From IMG/VR virus record IMGVR_UViG_3300042544_001887: DNA of 64,000 nucleotides; one strand, 5' to 3'. The position numbers and the translations under genes were made by a program. The stretch comes from a virus. Lineage: Duplodnaviria > Heunggongvirae > Uroviricota > Caudoviricetes. Below are positions 36,169-45,500 of this stretch, piece after piece. The notes beneath the pieces were generated by a model. It did no database searches and had not been told where the DNA came from. It saw only the letters and a program-made list of their open reading frames with translations. The stretch's first letter is position 1; the number at the start of each line of letters is the position of its first letter.

Positions 36169-36491
36169 TGAATCAAGAAAACATCGATTATCTATATAAT
36201 ATTGGTAAACGTGTAGAATATTATTTCAATATAAGAAAAAAAGCAGTTAATTTTATTTTATCAAACAAAATAACAAATAACGATTTGTCTGTTCATTTAG
36301 TATTAATGTCGGCTATTTGGGCAGCAACACAGATTGGTGATGAATTAACCCAAGAAGATTTACTAGTATTGTTTGGACTTACTAGTAATTTTAATGACGA
36401 ATTTAATCAGCAAGTTATGAAAATGCACCCAGACCAAGCACACTTAAGTTTAGAAGAAATCTTTAAGGCTGTAGTAGAAAATTTTAAATAA
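36168..36491 (+). CDS. Hypothetical protein
   Basis: TAATG coupling. Confidence 0.7.
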   Translation: MNQENIDYLYNIGKRVEYYFNIRKKAVNFILSNKITNNDLSVHLVLMSAIWAATQIGDELTQEDLLVLFGLTSNFNDEFNQQVMKMHPDQAHLSLEEIFKAVVENFK

Positions 36492-36501
36492 TGGAAAAAA
36501 A

Positions 36502-36696
36502 ATGTACTCAATAAGCAGAAATCACCACAATACTCCTCAAAATCTTATAGAAGAATTTATATCCAAAGGCGGACAAGTAAAAGTCTGTCCAGTAGGTGAA
36601 CGCACAGAAGACATAGAATACACTGGCGGATTCTATGGAAAAAGAAAAAAGAAAACAGAAACAGTAGACGTTGAAATCAACGAAGATGAAAGTTAA
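36502..36696 (+). CDS. Small hypothetical protein
   Basis: IEEF..KGG.V..CP motif. Confidence 0.65.
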   Translation: MYSISRNHHNTPQNLIEEFISKGGQVKVCPVGERTEDIEYTGGFYGKRKKKTETVDVEINEDES

Positions 36697-36898
36697 AGCA
36701 CATCTTGTAGATATAGACTGGCCTGTTAAGCTCGGCAATCCTTGCGGAGAAATCAGTCTTCCAGTGTTGATAAGACCGATGGATATTACCTATCTACGGT
36801 TAAAAGGCATTACTGTATTTGATTACACAGAAAGCTTAGGAATGGAAGATGAATGGGTTGATCCCGAATCATGCTATTCGCTAGGTATCGAAAAATAA
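36686..36898 (+). CDS. Hypothetical protein
   Basis: Overlap with upstream stop. Confidence 0.55.
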   Translation: MKVKAHLVDIDWPVKLGNPCGEISLPVLIRPMDITYLRLKGITVFDYTESLGMEDEWVDPESCYSLGIEK

Positions 36899-36905
36899 AT
36901 AACTT

Positions 36906-37103
36906 GTGACACAAGATCAATATAAAGAAGCCAATAGATATTATTGGATTGTTAAAGGCCAGCTAATTCCGGACGCTTGGAGCGAAAAAGACATATTGAG
37001 TGTATACAACGGCTACTTTGAACGTATCTGGGGTAATCACGAAAATGTTGTTCACGAAGAAGGCTTTGAAGAAGCATGGTCAAAAAAAATGTCACTAAAA
37101 TAA
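36906..37103 (+). CDS. Hypothetical protein
   Basis: GTG 4 nt after late box. Confidence 0.65.
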   Translation: MTQDQYKEANRYYWIVKGQLIPDAWSEKDILSVYNGYFERIWGNHENVVHEEGFEEAWSKKMSLK

Positions 37104-37106
37104 AGA

Positions 37107-37161
37107 TTTTACAAAAATTTCACAAAATTGTCATAAAACTGTTACAATGATGTTGTAAACT
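37107..37161 (+). promoter_or_regulatory. Pho box (four PhoB half-sites) and -10
   Basis: TTTTAC 37107, TTTCAC 37118, TGTCAT 37129, TGTTAC 37140 (11-bp period); TAAACT 37156. Confidence 0.8.
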
Positions 37162-37208
37162 AATAATATCTTCAGAAATTGAAGATTTCATTAACAAAAG
37201 GATTAAAA

Positions 37209-38171
37209 ATGAAAACATTTATAGCAGCGGCCGCAGTAGTCGCATTAACAGCTACGACAGCACTTGCAAGAGACAACGTACAGGTTACTGGCTCGTCAAC
37301 TGTTCTACCATATGCAACTATTGTTGCTGAAGCATTTGGCGAAAACTTCGAATTCCCGTCACCGGTTGTTGAAGGCGGCGGTTCAGGTGCAGGCCGTAAG
37401 AAACTATGCGAAGGTACAGGTGAAAATACTGTAGACATTGCTAACAGCAGTTCTAAGATGAAAGAAGAAGAATATGCAGCTTGCGAAGCTGTAGTTGGCG
37501 AAGTAACTGAAGTTAGAATCGGCTATGACGGCATTGTATTTGCTTCAAATATTGACCAACTTAATATTGATAACTTAACGGTCAAGCAACTGTATAACGC
37601 ACTACACGAGTCAAGCACTGCAAAACTATGGAGTGAAGTAGATTCGACACTTCCGGAAGTAGAAATCCTTGTATATATTCCAGGAACCAAGCACGGAACT
37701 CGTGAAGTGTTTGATGTAAAGGTTATGGAAGATGGTTGTAAAGCAGCTCTTGGTGTTGAAAAACTAGACGACGATCAAAAGAAGGCTTGTGTAAAAGTAA
37801 GAACTGACGGTGTAGCAATTGACATCGACGGCGACTATACAGAAACACTTGCACGCCTTGATGCTAATAAAACTTCACTAGGTGTATTTGGTCTTAGTTT
37901 CTATCAGAACAACACAAGCAAACTAGAAGTTGCAACAGTTGATGGAGTATTCCCAAGCGTCGAAACTATCTCAAGCGGTGATTACCCAATCAGCCGTCCA
38001 TTGTTCTTCTATGTTAAGAACGCACACCTTGGAGTTATTCCAGGTCTTAAAGAATACGTCCAATTCTTTGTAAGTGATGAAATGGCAGGACCGGATGGTG
38101 CTCTAGCACAATACGGACTTGTTCCAGACCCAGAACTAGCAGCTACACAAGAGATGATTGCTAACTGGTAA
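37209..38171 (+). CDS. pstS: Phosphate ABC transporter substrate-binding protein
   Basis: Signal peptide; GSSTVLP, EGGGSGAG, DIANSS, IGYDGIV, YPISRPLFFY. Confidence 0.95.
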   Translation: MKTFIAAAAVVALTATTALARDNVQVTGSSTVLPYATIVAEAFGENFEFPSPVVEGGGSGAGRKKLCEGTGENTVDIANSSSKMKEEEYAACEAVVGEVTEVRIGYDGIVFASNIDQLNIDNLTVKQLYNALHESSTAKLWSEVDSTLPEVEILVYIPGTKHGTREVFDVKVMEDGCKAALGVEKLDDDQKKACVKVRTDGVAIDIDGDYTETLARLDANKTSLGVFGLSFYQNNTSKLEVATVDGVFPSVETISSGDYPISRPLFFYVKNAHLGVIPGLKEYVQFFVSDEMAGPDGALAQYGLVPDPELAATQEMIANW

Positions 38172-38180
38172 TTAAAAATA

Positions 38181-38210
38181 AAAATAGAGTGGCGAAAGTC
38201 ACTCTATTTT
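38181..38210 (+). terminator. Rho-independent terminator
   Basis: AAAATAGAGTGGC-GAAA-GTCACTCTATTTT. Confidence 0.85.
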
Positions 38211-38246
38211 CTTGACTGATACTAAGAAATAGCATATAAATAACTT

Positions 38247-38545
38247 GTGATGTTGAAGTTCACTGAACACGGGACAGACCCGGGGGCGGTACCCGGCGAC
38301 TCCACCAAGTACACACTACCTAATAACAGCGGCGTACCCGTGGAGTTATTAGGAGTCTTGCAAGCTAGTGTGTATTTGCTGGGGTCGAAATAGGATCGAT
38401 GTACGAACTAGGCAGGATGGAGTCACCCGGCGAAAGCTCGGTTAACGCAATAAAATTATAGTCGCAAACAGCAACTATGCTCCTCAGGAGCTCATGGTAG
38501 CCTAAGGGTTACGGGGGTTAGTCGCCTAGCAACAGAAAGACTGGA
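38247..38545 (+). ncRNA. ssrA: Circularly permuted two-piece tmRNA
   Basis: Acceptor piece: T-arm CCGGG-GGCGGTA-CCCGG, ends CGACTCCACCA (38297-38307). Coding piece starts GGGGTCG at 38381 (G3:U70 pair). Tag ORF 38464-38505 ANSNYAPQELMVA*. Outer ends approximate. Confidence 0.95.
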
Positions 38546-38570
38546 AAGGGTGTCTACGGGCACCCTTTTT
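38545..38570 (+). terminator. Rho-independent terminator
   Basis: AAAGGGTGTC-TACG-GGCACCCTTTTT. Confidence 0.85.
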
Positions 38571-38646
38571 TAATATGCCTTTTTAGAGTGTAACGTTTAT
38601 ATTAAAAATATAAATACTATTATTACAAACAAAAGGATATGTATCA

Positions 38647-39273
38647 ATGTTTACTACAATGATTAAAAAATCAATACATAAAAGTCAGCACTGTCAGAGA
38701 AATTGGGACTTAGATAAACAAATCTCAGAAGAAGATTTACAAGTACTAGAAACTGCGGTAACTGCCTGTCCAAGTAAACAAAATATCGTTTTTTATAAAC
38801 CATATTTTATCCAAGATAGAAAAGTTATTGAAGAAATACACAACACAACTAATGGCTTTACTGTAAACTACGATACAAAAGTATCGGTAACTAATAGTCA
38901 AACACTGGCAAATCTTTTAGTAGTATTAGTTGAAGATCAATCGTGGTTTGATGAGAAATACAGAAATCTCGAAATGTTAGCATCCCAAGAAATGCAAAAA
39001 GAACATGAAATCATGCAAAGAGACAAGCTTCTTTCTGTAGGAGTAGCAGCTGGATATCTTAATTTATCGGCTACTATGTTGGGACTATCAACTGGATGTT
39101 GCAGTTGCTTCGATGATGATAAGATAAGAAAAATTCTTAATATAAACGATTCTGTTTTGTTGTTAATGGGTATCGGATATCCAAACGATAACAAAAATCG
39201 AAGAGAGCATCACAAAGATCAAAATTTTATGTTCCCAACTTTCTCTAAAAAAATGGAAGTTATTAAAATTTAA
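38647..39273 (+). CDS. Nitroreductase-family protein
   Basis: QRNWD..CPSKQN..GVAAGYLNLSA..LGLSTGCC..GIGYP. Confidence 0.7.
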   Translation: MFTTMIKKSIHKSQHCQRNWDLDKQISEEDLQVLETAVTACPSKQNIVFYKPYFIQDRKVIEEIHNTTNGFTVNYDTKVSVTNSQTLANLLVVLVEDQSWFDEKYRNLEMLASQEMQKEHEIMQRDKLLSVGVAAGYLNLSATMLGLSTGCCSCFDDDKIRKILNINDSVLLLMGIGYPNDNKNRREHHKDQNFMFPTFSKKMEVIKI

Positions 39274-39321
39274 AAACTGTGTCAAAGTTTTAACTAATAA
39301 GGCTAGGTTACATAATACCAT

Positions 39322-39525
39322 ATGAATTGGATAGAGATCGATAAAGTGCTTTATAGAATTATAGGGCGTCACGACAATGTAGACGCAATTTATTCCGAAG
39401 CACAAAAAACATTTAAATGGGATTTATCGCAAGTTAAAGCGGCGGTGGATCCGATATTAAAAAGACACAGCACAATTAAAATTACAGAAACTCCTAAAAA
39501 ACTCACAAGGAGAAAATTAAAATGA
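39322..39525 (+). CDS. Hypothetical protein
   Basis: Operon continuity. Confidence 0.65.
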   Translation: MNWIEIDKVLYRIIGRHDNVDAIYSEAQKTFKWDLSQVKAAVDPILKRHSTIKITETPKKLTRRKLK

Positions 39526-39764
39526 AAATATACACAATATCTCCTAAGCCTGCAGAATTTGTTGTAACATTTTTAACAACAGATTATCCTAGTATACTTG
39601 AACCAGGGCCCCAAGAGGGCCAATTTTTTTTAACACAAACTGTTAAAAAATGGCAAGCCATAAATGACATAAAGCTTTTCTTAACCATAGAAAATAACAT
39701 AGCTACTATGAAATTTTTAACAGACGAGGATGCAGAATTCTTTTACGAAGAGTGGGCTAAATAA
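39522..39764 (+). CDS. Hypothetical protein
   Basis: AGGAG; ATGA overlap. Confidence 0.7.
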   Translation: MKIYTISPKPAEFVVTFLTTDYPSILEPGPQEGQFFLTQTVKKWQAINDIKLFLTIENNIATMKFLTDEDAEFFYEEWAK

Positions 39765-39767
39765 TGT

Positions 39768-39977
39768 ATGCAAGACGAAAGCCCTAACACTCCTACTGAA
39801 GAAGAAAAGTTCGAAGTTAGCTTTAGAATTTTAGGTAACGAATTACTAGCTATGCAACTTATTAGTGCAAGCAAAAAAAAGAACTGGATAGTGTTTGGGC
39901 TAATTGCATTAATACTAATGTCTGTATTAGTAGAACGCTTATTGCCTGTTATAGACAAAATGACAACAGCATTATAG
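39768..39977 (+). CDS. Small membrane protein
   Basis: One TM helix WIVFGLIALILMSVLV. Confidence 0.7.
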   Translation: MQDESPNTPTEEEKFEVSFRILGNELLAMQLISASKKKNWIVFGLIALILMSVLVERLLPVIDKMTTAL

Positions 39978-40123
39978 CTGTTGCAAAAATAGCACACATA
40001 TCAAAATTAGAGTAGCAAAACACGTCAAACCTGTTCAAACTGGTTGCACGTTACAATAAAAACTGTATAACTACATTACAGATTCACAGAATTAACTGTG
40101 ATCAGGTTTTAAAAGGATAGATA

Positions 40124-40915
40124 ATGAAACTACTACTTTCTTCTATTGCAGCTATTGCGTTTGCTGGTGCTGCATTTGCTGCCGATGTTTCGACTGAAAT
40201 TGGTGCAGACGTTACTAAAAACATTGCCGGAGACTACATTGTAACTCCGTCAGTCGATCTTTCTTTCGGCTCGAAAACCGAAGGTGCTACTGCATTTGGT
40301 AGCTTGGGCGTTGTTTCTGATAACGGCGACTTGGCTGTTGATACTTGGGCGTTGGGTCTTGCATTTGGTGCTACCAGTGTTAGCTTTGGCGATCAAGAGG
40401 ACTTGTTCAGCTTTGGCGGACTTGAAGTCGTTGGCGGTGATACACTTGCAACTGTTGCAGACGATCACGAGTCGATCATTGTTAAGCACGGCAGCATTGC
40501 TGGCTTGATTGGTTTCACTGATATCGGTGCTGATGTTTCAGAAATTGAAAACGTTCAGCTTTCGTATGCTAAAGACTACGGCAAAATTGACGTAACTTCG
40601 GCACTTGACTACAACTTGGACACCGAAGACACTACTGTTGCTGTTTCAACTGGTGTTGAAGTTACTGAAGCAGTTTATGCTAACATGACTGTTACTTATG
40701 CAGATGCATTTGCATACGAAGCACTTGGTGCTTATACTCTTAACGAAGCTGTAAAAGTAAGTGCTTTTGTTAACGGCGACGAAGATGAATTTGCTCAAAA
40801 CGTCGGTGCCGGTGTAGTTTACACCAAAGACAGCTTGAGTGCATACGCAGAAGTTGGCTACAACATTGACGCAGAAGAAGTAACTCCTGCTGTTGGTATT
40901 AGCTTCTCGTTCTAA
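40124..40915 (+). CDS. Outer-membrane porin-like beta-barrel
   Basis: Signal peptide, amphipathic strands, C-terminal GISFSF. Confidence 0.8.
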   Translation: MKLLLSSIAAIAFAGAAFAADVSTEIGADVTKNIAGDYIVTPSVDLSFGSKTEGATAFGSLGVVSDNGDLAVDTWALGLAFGATSVSFGDQEDLFSFGGLEVVGGDTLATVADDHESIIVKHGSIAGLIGFTDIGADVSEIENVQLSYAKDYGKIDVTSALDYNLDTEDTTVAVSTGVEVTEAVYANMTVTYADAFAYEALGAYTLNEAVKVSAFVNGDEDEFAQNVGAGVVYTKDSLSAYAEVGYNIDAEEVTPAVGISFSF

Positions 40916-40947
40916 GCAATAGGGATAGGCTATACGCCGTCCGAACT

Positions 40948-40974
40948 AAAGGTCGCCTAGTGCGGCCTTTTTTT
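40948..40974 (+). terminator. Rho-independent terminator
   Basis: AAAGGTCGC-CTAGT-GCGGCCTTT + T-run. Confidence 0.8.
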
Positions 40975-41027
40975 ATATTCTTTTTTAGGTAAATATTTTT
41001 ATATTTTTAAATAACCTAAGGAAAAAC

Positions 41028-41465
41028 ATGAAAAAATTACTATTAGTATTACTTTTGCTTCCAGCTATGGCGTTTGCTGAAGTAAAAACACCAACTGGTG
41101 TAGCACACGAATTAAAAATTCTTCGCGTAGTAGACGGCGACACAGTGGAATTCGAAGCAGCATTCTTGCTAGATCCACTACCTAAGAAGTTGTCATTGCG
41201 TGTATGGGGTGTAGATACCCCAGAAAAAGGTGGCAGAGCAGAATGCAAAAAAGAAGCAGACATGGGCGATGCTGCTAGTAAGTTTACAAAAGATCTTCTA
41301 GCAAAATCTAAATCAACTAAAATTGTAATCTACGAATGGGACAAGTTTGGCGGCAGAGTTTTAGGCGATGTGTTAATTGATGGCAACAGCTTAACCAAGA
41401 TGCTAATTGAAAAAGGATTTGCTAGAGAATACTACGGCGATAAAAAAACATCGTGGTGTAATTAA
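41028..41465 (+). CDS. Secreted thermonuclease (SNase-like)
   Basis: Signal peptide; RVVDGDTV, RVWGVDTPE, DKFGGRVLG, GFAREY. Confidence 0.9.
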   Translation: MKKLLLVLLLLPAMAFAEVKTPTGVAHELKILRVVDGDTVEFEAAFLLDPLPKKLSLRVWGVDTPEKGGRAECKKEADMGDAASKFTKDLLAKSKSTKIVIYEWDKFGGRVLGDVLIDGNSLTKMLIEKGFAREYYGDKKTSWCN

Positions 41466-41522
41466 GTTGACAACTAGAGTTACTCCTGCTATATTAAGAT
41501 ATAATTTGCTAGGAGTAACTCT

Positions 41523-41909
41523 ATGTCAATGCATCTTGTTGGACCTTATTTAACTACTACTAAGTACAACTCAAAACGTAAGATTGCTAATACAAAAAAA
41601 CTGCGTGATGCAAAAGCAGAGCACGAAGCATGGCTTAAAAAGCACGGAATTGACGATGCTAGTCTTGCTAAAAAATTACCCAAGGATCGTCGAGGTAACC
41701 GTGTAAGTATACACGAAATTCCTAATTACCAAGAACACGCACCAAAAGTTAAACTCAGCAATCAAGTTGCAGGGTCTGGTGCTAAAACAGAAGAAAAACG
41801 CTACACAGGTACGCTTATTAAAGGTATTGCTACTATGCACAAAAGCAATGCTGTTCCTATTATGAACAAACAACAGGCTATCGAAGTTAGCAACATGCGT
41901 AGAGGTTAA
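41523..41909 (+). CDS. Conserved phage hypothetical protein
   Basis: YTGTLIKGIATMHKSNAVPI; TTGACA-17-TATATT promoter and AGGAG. Confidence 0.8.
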   Translation: MSMHLVGPYLTTTKYNSKRKIANTKKLRDAKAEHEAWLKKHGIDDASLAKKLPKDRRGNRVSIHEIPNYQEHAPKVKLSNQVAGSGAKTEEKRYTGTLIKGIATMHKSNAVPIMNKQQAIEVSNMRRG

Positions 41910-41949
41910 TCTACTGTTATATTGCTAAAAAAGGTAGGATAAATATTAC

Positions 41950-43698
41950 ATGTTCTTAGGTTTTCTTACAATGCTAACAGCATTGAGTATCAGTGCTGTT
42001 GCAATATACTATTCGGTAGCAGGTCTTGTAGCAATATTTGCTGCGGCCGCAGTGCCTATTATTATCATGGGCAGTGTGTTAGAAATAGCAAAGTTGGTTA
42101 CTGCCGTATGGTTACACTACTACTGGGATCGTGCAGTATGGTGGTTAAAAACTTATCTACTAGTTTCTGTTGCTGTTTTGATGTTGATCACCAGCATGGG
42201 TATCTTTGGTTTCTTATCTAAAGCACACATTGATCAAACTGCCAGTGCTAAGGATGGCTTAGCAAGATTAGAACAAATTGACAACCAAATTGTTAAACAA
42301 CAAAGCATCATCACCAAAGCAGAACAAGAAATTGAAAAACTTGAAATTGCTGGTACTAACCGCGATGAAGAAATACAAACACAAATTGACAAAGAGCAGT
42401 TGCGTATAGATTCTGCTTATGCTCGTATTCAGCCTGCAATTGACGAACAAAATAGTATTATTGAAAAAGAAGAACAAAGACTTGGCGGCGGTCTATCGTT
42501 GTATGAAGATCAACTAGCTACAGTTAACAGCAATTTACAAAATATCGAACAATATATTTCGTCTGACAACATCAAAGCATTGCAAGCATTGGTAGGTGTT
42601 CGTGCAGATGGCAGACTAGGACCTGCTACCACACAAGCAATCGAAGCGTATAGAATTGCACAGACTGCTGAAAAACAAAGATTGGCAGAACTAATTGCAC
42701 AAGAAAGCAGCAAACTATCCTCGCCAGTAATTGATGCAGCTCGTAGCGAAATACAACGTTTACGAAGTTTAGCTGAAACAGAAATTAAAAATTCAAATGA
42801 ATTGATCAACAGACTTAGACAACAGCTAGGTACAACTAACGAAGAAAAAGTTGCAACGGAAATAGCACAACAAAACACAGTTATTGTTGAGGCTGAAAAG
42901 GTTATATCAACTTTAGCAGAACAAAAATACGGATTAGAAGCAGAATATAGAAAACTAGAAGCAGAAGTAGGCCCTATCAAATATCTTGCAGAATTTGTAT
43001 ATGGCGAGTCTGGTAACAAAGATCTTTTAGAAGAAGCAGTGCGTTGGGTAATTATTTTAATAATTTTTGTGTTTGATCCATTGGCTGTGTTGCTGCTGAT
43101 TGCAAGTCAACACACATTTAATTTTCACAAAGAACTTCGCACAAAAGAGGATTTAAAAAATGATGTATCTGATAGACCTGATTATGAACAATCAGATAAC
43201 AAAGATCTCAAAGCCACAACCACAACCCCAACCAGTGTTGCAGCCACAGCCACAACCACAGAGAAAACCGGGCCCAACAATGGCGGAACTGAAATTGATG
43301 ATACCTTGTCTAGAACAAGATCTCAAAACGGAGGACTAGACAATGATAGAATTATTCCGAAAACTAACACTGATGCAGATGCAATCGTGGGAGAACTTCG
43401 TACAGAAGACCTTGCTTCCGCCGCAGTTGAAGATGATGCAGGAGTGGAACCGCGTGAAGTATCAGATGATGAAACTCGACAAAGAAGAATAAACGAGCTA
43501 GATGCAATAGAAAGTCACGCCGAAAACAAGCTTGCAAAAATACAGTGGAAACAAGATCATCCAGATTTAACTATCAAAGAGTTTAAAGAAGCATATATAA
43601 ATGGAGAGATTGATCGCCTTCCTTGGGAAGCGTATGTTCAAAACTCCGAACAAAACCCTAACAGTATCTGGAATAAAATAAGATCTGACAATGAATAA
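41950..43698 (+). CDS. Membrane-anchored coiled-coil protein with peptidoglycan-binding-like segment
   Basis: N-terminal TMs, ADGRLGPATTQAI, EAEVGPIKYLA, IFVFDPLAVLLL. Confidence 0.75.
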   Translation: MFLGFLTMLTALSISAVAIYYSVAGLVAIFAAAAVPIIIMGSVLEIAKLVTAVWLHYYWDRAVWWLKTYLLVSVAVLMLITSMGIFGFLSKAHIDQTASAKDGLARLEQIDNQIVKQQSIITKAEQEIEKLEIAGTNRDEEIQTQIDKEQLRIDSAYARIQPAIDEQNSIIEKEEQRLGGGLSLYEDQLATVNSNLQNIEQYISSDNIKALQALVGVRADGRLGPATTQAIEAYRIAQTAEKQRLAELIAQESSKLSSPVIDAARSEIQRLRSLAETEIKNSNELINRLRQQLGTTNEEKVATEIAQQNTVIVEAEKVISTLAEQKYGLEAEYRKLEAEVGPIKYLAEFVYGESGNKDLLEEAVRWVIILIIFVFDPLAVLLLIASQHTFNFHKELRTKEDLKNDVSDRPDYEQSDNKDLKATTTTPTSVAATATTTEKTGPNNGGTEIDDTLSRTRSQNGGLDNDRIIPKTNTDADAIVGELRTEDLASAAVEDDAGVEPREVSDDETRQRRINELDAIESHAENKLAKIQWKQDHPDLTIKEFKEAYINGEIDRLPWEAYVQNSEQNPNSIWNKIRSDNE

Positions 43699-44080
43699 TA
43701 TTGTTATAATTACTCCGCCGGATATATTAAACAATGATGCATTTAGTATTTGTTTAATACATCCTAGAAAAGAGTTAAAAGAAACTTTGCACGATATTTT
43801 AACTCGCGTTGAAATAAATGTAAATGTTTTTTTATACGAATTATTAGCAGACTATGATATTGAATGGCTGTTAAATGTGGTAAAGTCATCCGATGTAGTT
43901 TTAATTGATGTTGATAATTGTGACGTACTTACAAAAGTTTTTTCTAGTCATATTATTGCACAACCGAAAACATTTTACTTGACAAATGATAACTATACCC
44001 CTTATAATGTAATAAGCAAGAACAGAGTTTATGATCTGTCTTGGTTAGAAAATATTCTTAATAGAGGAACAAATGAATAA
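43691..44080 (+). CDS. Hypothetical protein
   Basis: ITPPD motif; overlaps upstream stop. Confidence 0.75.
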   Translation: MNNIVIITPPDILNNDAFSICLIHPRKELKETLHDILTRVEINVNVFLYELLADYDIEWLLNVVKSSDVVLIDVDNCDVLTKVFSSHIIAQPKTFYLTNDNYTPYNVISKNRVYDLSWLENILNRGTNE

Positions 44081-44303
44081 ATTTCACCAAACCGATAGCT
44101 ATCCTAAAGGTTTAAGAGTTGAGGTCCATAATAACGATCTCACAAAGGCACTACGCAAACTTAAAAAGAAAATTGCAGACGACGGTATTATGCAAGATAT
44201 TAAAAATAAAGAATTTTTTGAAAGCAAAAGTCTCAAGCGTCGTAAAGCAAAAGAAGCTGCAATTAGACGTTACAAGAAAACACAAAAAATGCAAGACCTC
44301 TAA
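44073..44303 (+). CDS. rpsU: 30S ribosomal protein bS21
   Basis: [27 protein letters not shown]. Confidence 0.9.
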   Translation: MNKFHQTDSYPKGLRVEVHNNDLTKALRKLKKKIADDGIMQDIKNKEFFESKSLKRRKAKEAAIRRYKKTQKMQDL

Positions 44304-44311
44304 GGTTTAAA

Positions 44312-45445
44312 ATGCGTTTAGATTTAGATATAAAATTAGATTATAAAGACGTTCTTATACGTCCCAAAAGAAGTACATTAGGAAGTCGTGCAGAAGTAGA
44401 TCTAATACGTAACTTTACGTTTAGAAACTATGTTCCTGGATTTCCTGAAAACACAGAAGATTATCATTATCGTGGTATTCCTATTATGGCAGCCAACATG
44501 GACGGTGTTGGCACATTTGAAGTAGCAGATGCTCTTGCGAAGCAAGGACTGTTTACATGCCTTGTAAAAACTTACACAGAAAAAGAATTAGTCGATTATT
44601 TTAATCAAGAACCGGGCGGCATTTATAGAACAGATCATGTTGCTATGAGTATCGGAGTAAGCAATGCAGATTACGAAAAGTTCTGTAAAGTTTATTTAAG
44701 TCTCGGTGCTAGATTAAAATACCTCTGTATCGATGTTGCTAATGGATATACAGAAACTTTTGTTAATCATGTAAGAAACATTCGCGAACGCTATCCGGAA
44801 ATAGTTATTATTGCCGGTAACGTAGTAACAGGCGAAATGACGGAGGAACTTATTCTTGCTGGAGCAGATATCGTTAAAGTTGGCATTGGTCCTGGTAGTG
44901 TTTGTACTACTCGTATACAGACTGGTGTGGGTTATCCGCAATTATCAGCAGTTATCGAATGTGCAGATGCTGCTCATGGACTCGGTGGTCATATTATTGC
45001 TGACGGGGGTTGCACTTGTCCTGGCGACGTAGCCAAAGCATTTGCAGCCGGTGCTGACTTTGTAATGCTAGGTGGAATGTTAGCCGGGCATGATCAAGGC
45101 GGCGGCAACGTTATACACAAGGCTTTCAAGACTGGCGAAATACACTATGATAACGGCGACGAAATACTTGATATAAAAAAGTTTGTGCAGTTTTATGGTA
45201 TGAGTTCAAAAGCTGCTAACGATAAACACTTCGGTGGCTTAAAAGATTACAGAGCATCCGAAGGTAGAGAAGTTCTTGTACCTTACAGAGGTGATGTACA
45301 AGTAACTGTGCAAGAAATACTAGGCGGGCTGCGTAGTACTTGCACGTATGCAGGTGCTAAGACATTAAAACAACTTAGCAAATGCACAACCTTTGTACGT
45401 GTAACACAGCAATTTAATGCTGTTTATGCGAACAATGGTAAATAA
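44312..45445 (+). CDS. guaC: GMP reductase
   Basis: [52 protein letters not shown]. Confidence 0.97.
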   Translation: MRLDLDIKLDYKDVLIRPKRSTLGSRAEVDLIRNFTFRNYVPGFPENTEDYHYRGIPIMAANMDGVGTFEVADALAKQGLFTCLVKTYTEKELVDYFNQEPGGIYRTDHVAMSIGVSNADYEKFCKVYLSLGARLKYLCIDVANGYTETFVNHVRNIRERYPEIVIIAGNVVTGEMTEELILAGADIVKVGIGPGSVCTTRIQTGVGYPQLSAVIECADAAHGLGGHIIADGGCTCPGDVAKAFAAGADFVMLGGMLAGHDQGGGNVIHKAFKTGEIHYDNGDEILDIKKFVQFYGMSSKAANDKHFGGLKDYRASEGREVLVPYRGDVQVTVQEILGGLRSTCTYAGAKTLKQLSKCTTFVRVTQQFNAVYANNGK

Positions 45446-45448
45446 AAG

Positions 45449-45500
45449 TGGAACGCCAAAACGGGTTCCGAAAGATCTTGCTTAAATAAGGAGATATAAA
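45449..45500 (+). promoter_or_regulatory. ROSE-like RNA thermometer leader
   Basis: TCTTGCTT (45476-45483) pairs with SD AAGGAGA (45488-45494) with a bulged G; upstream hairpin GGAAC..GTTCC. Confidence 0.65.

Noticed and set aside
38279-38307. tRNA gene
   Set aside because: The T-arm and CCA belong to the tmRNA acceptor piece; no anticodon arm. No tRNA was found in the window
43160-43492. Rz/Rz1 spanin pair
   Set aside because: The nested Pro-rich ORF has no signal peptide or lipobox, and the host ORF has several TMs
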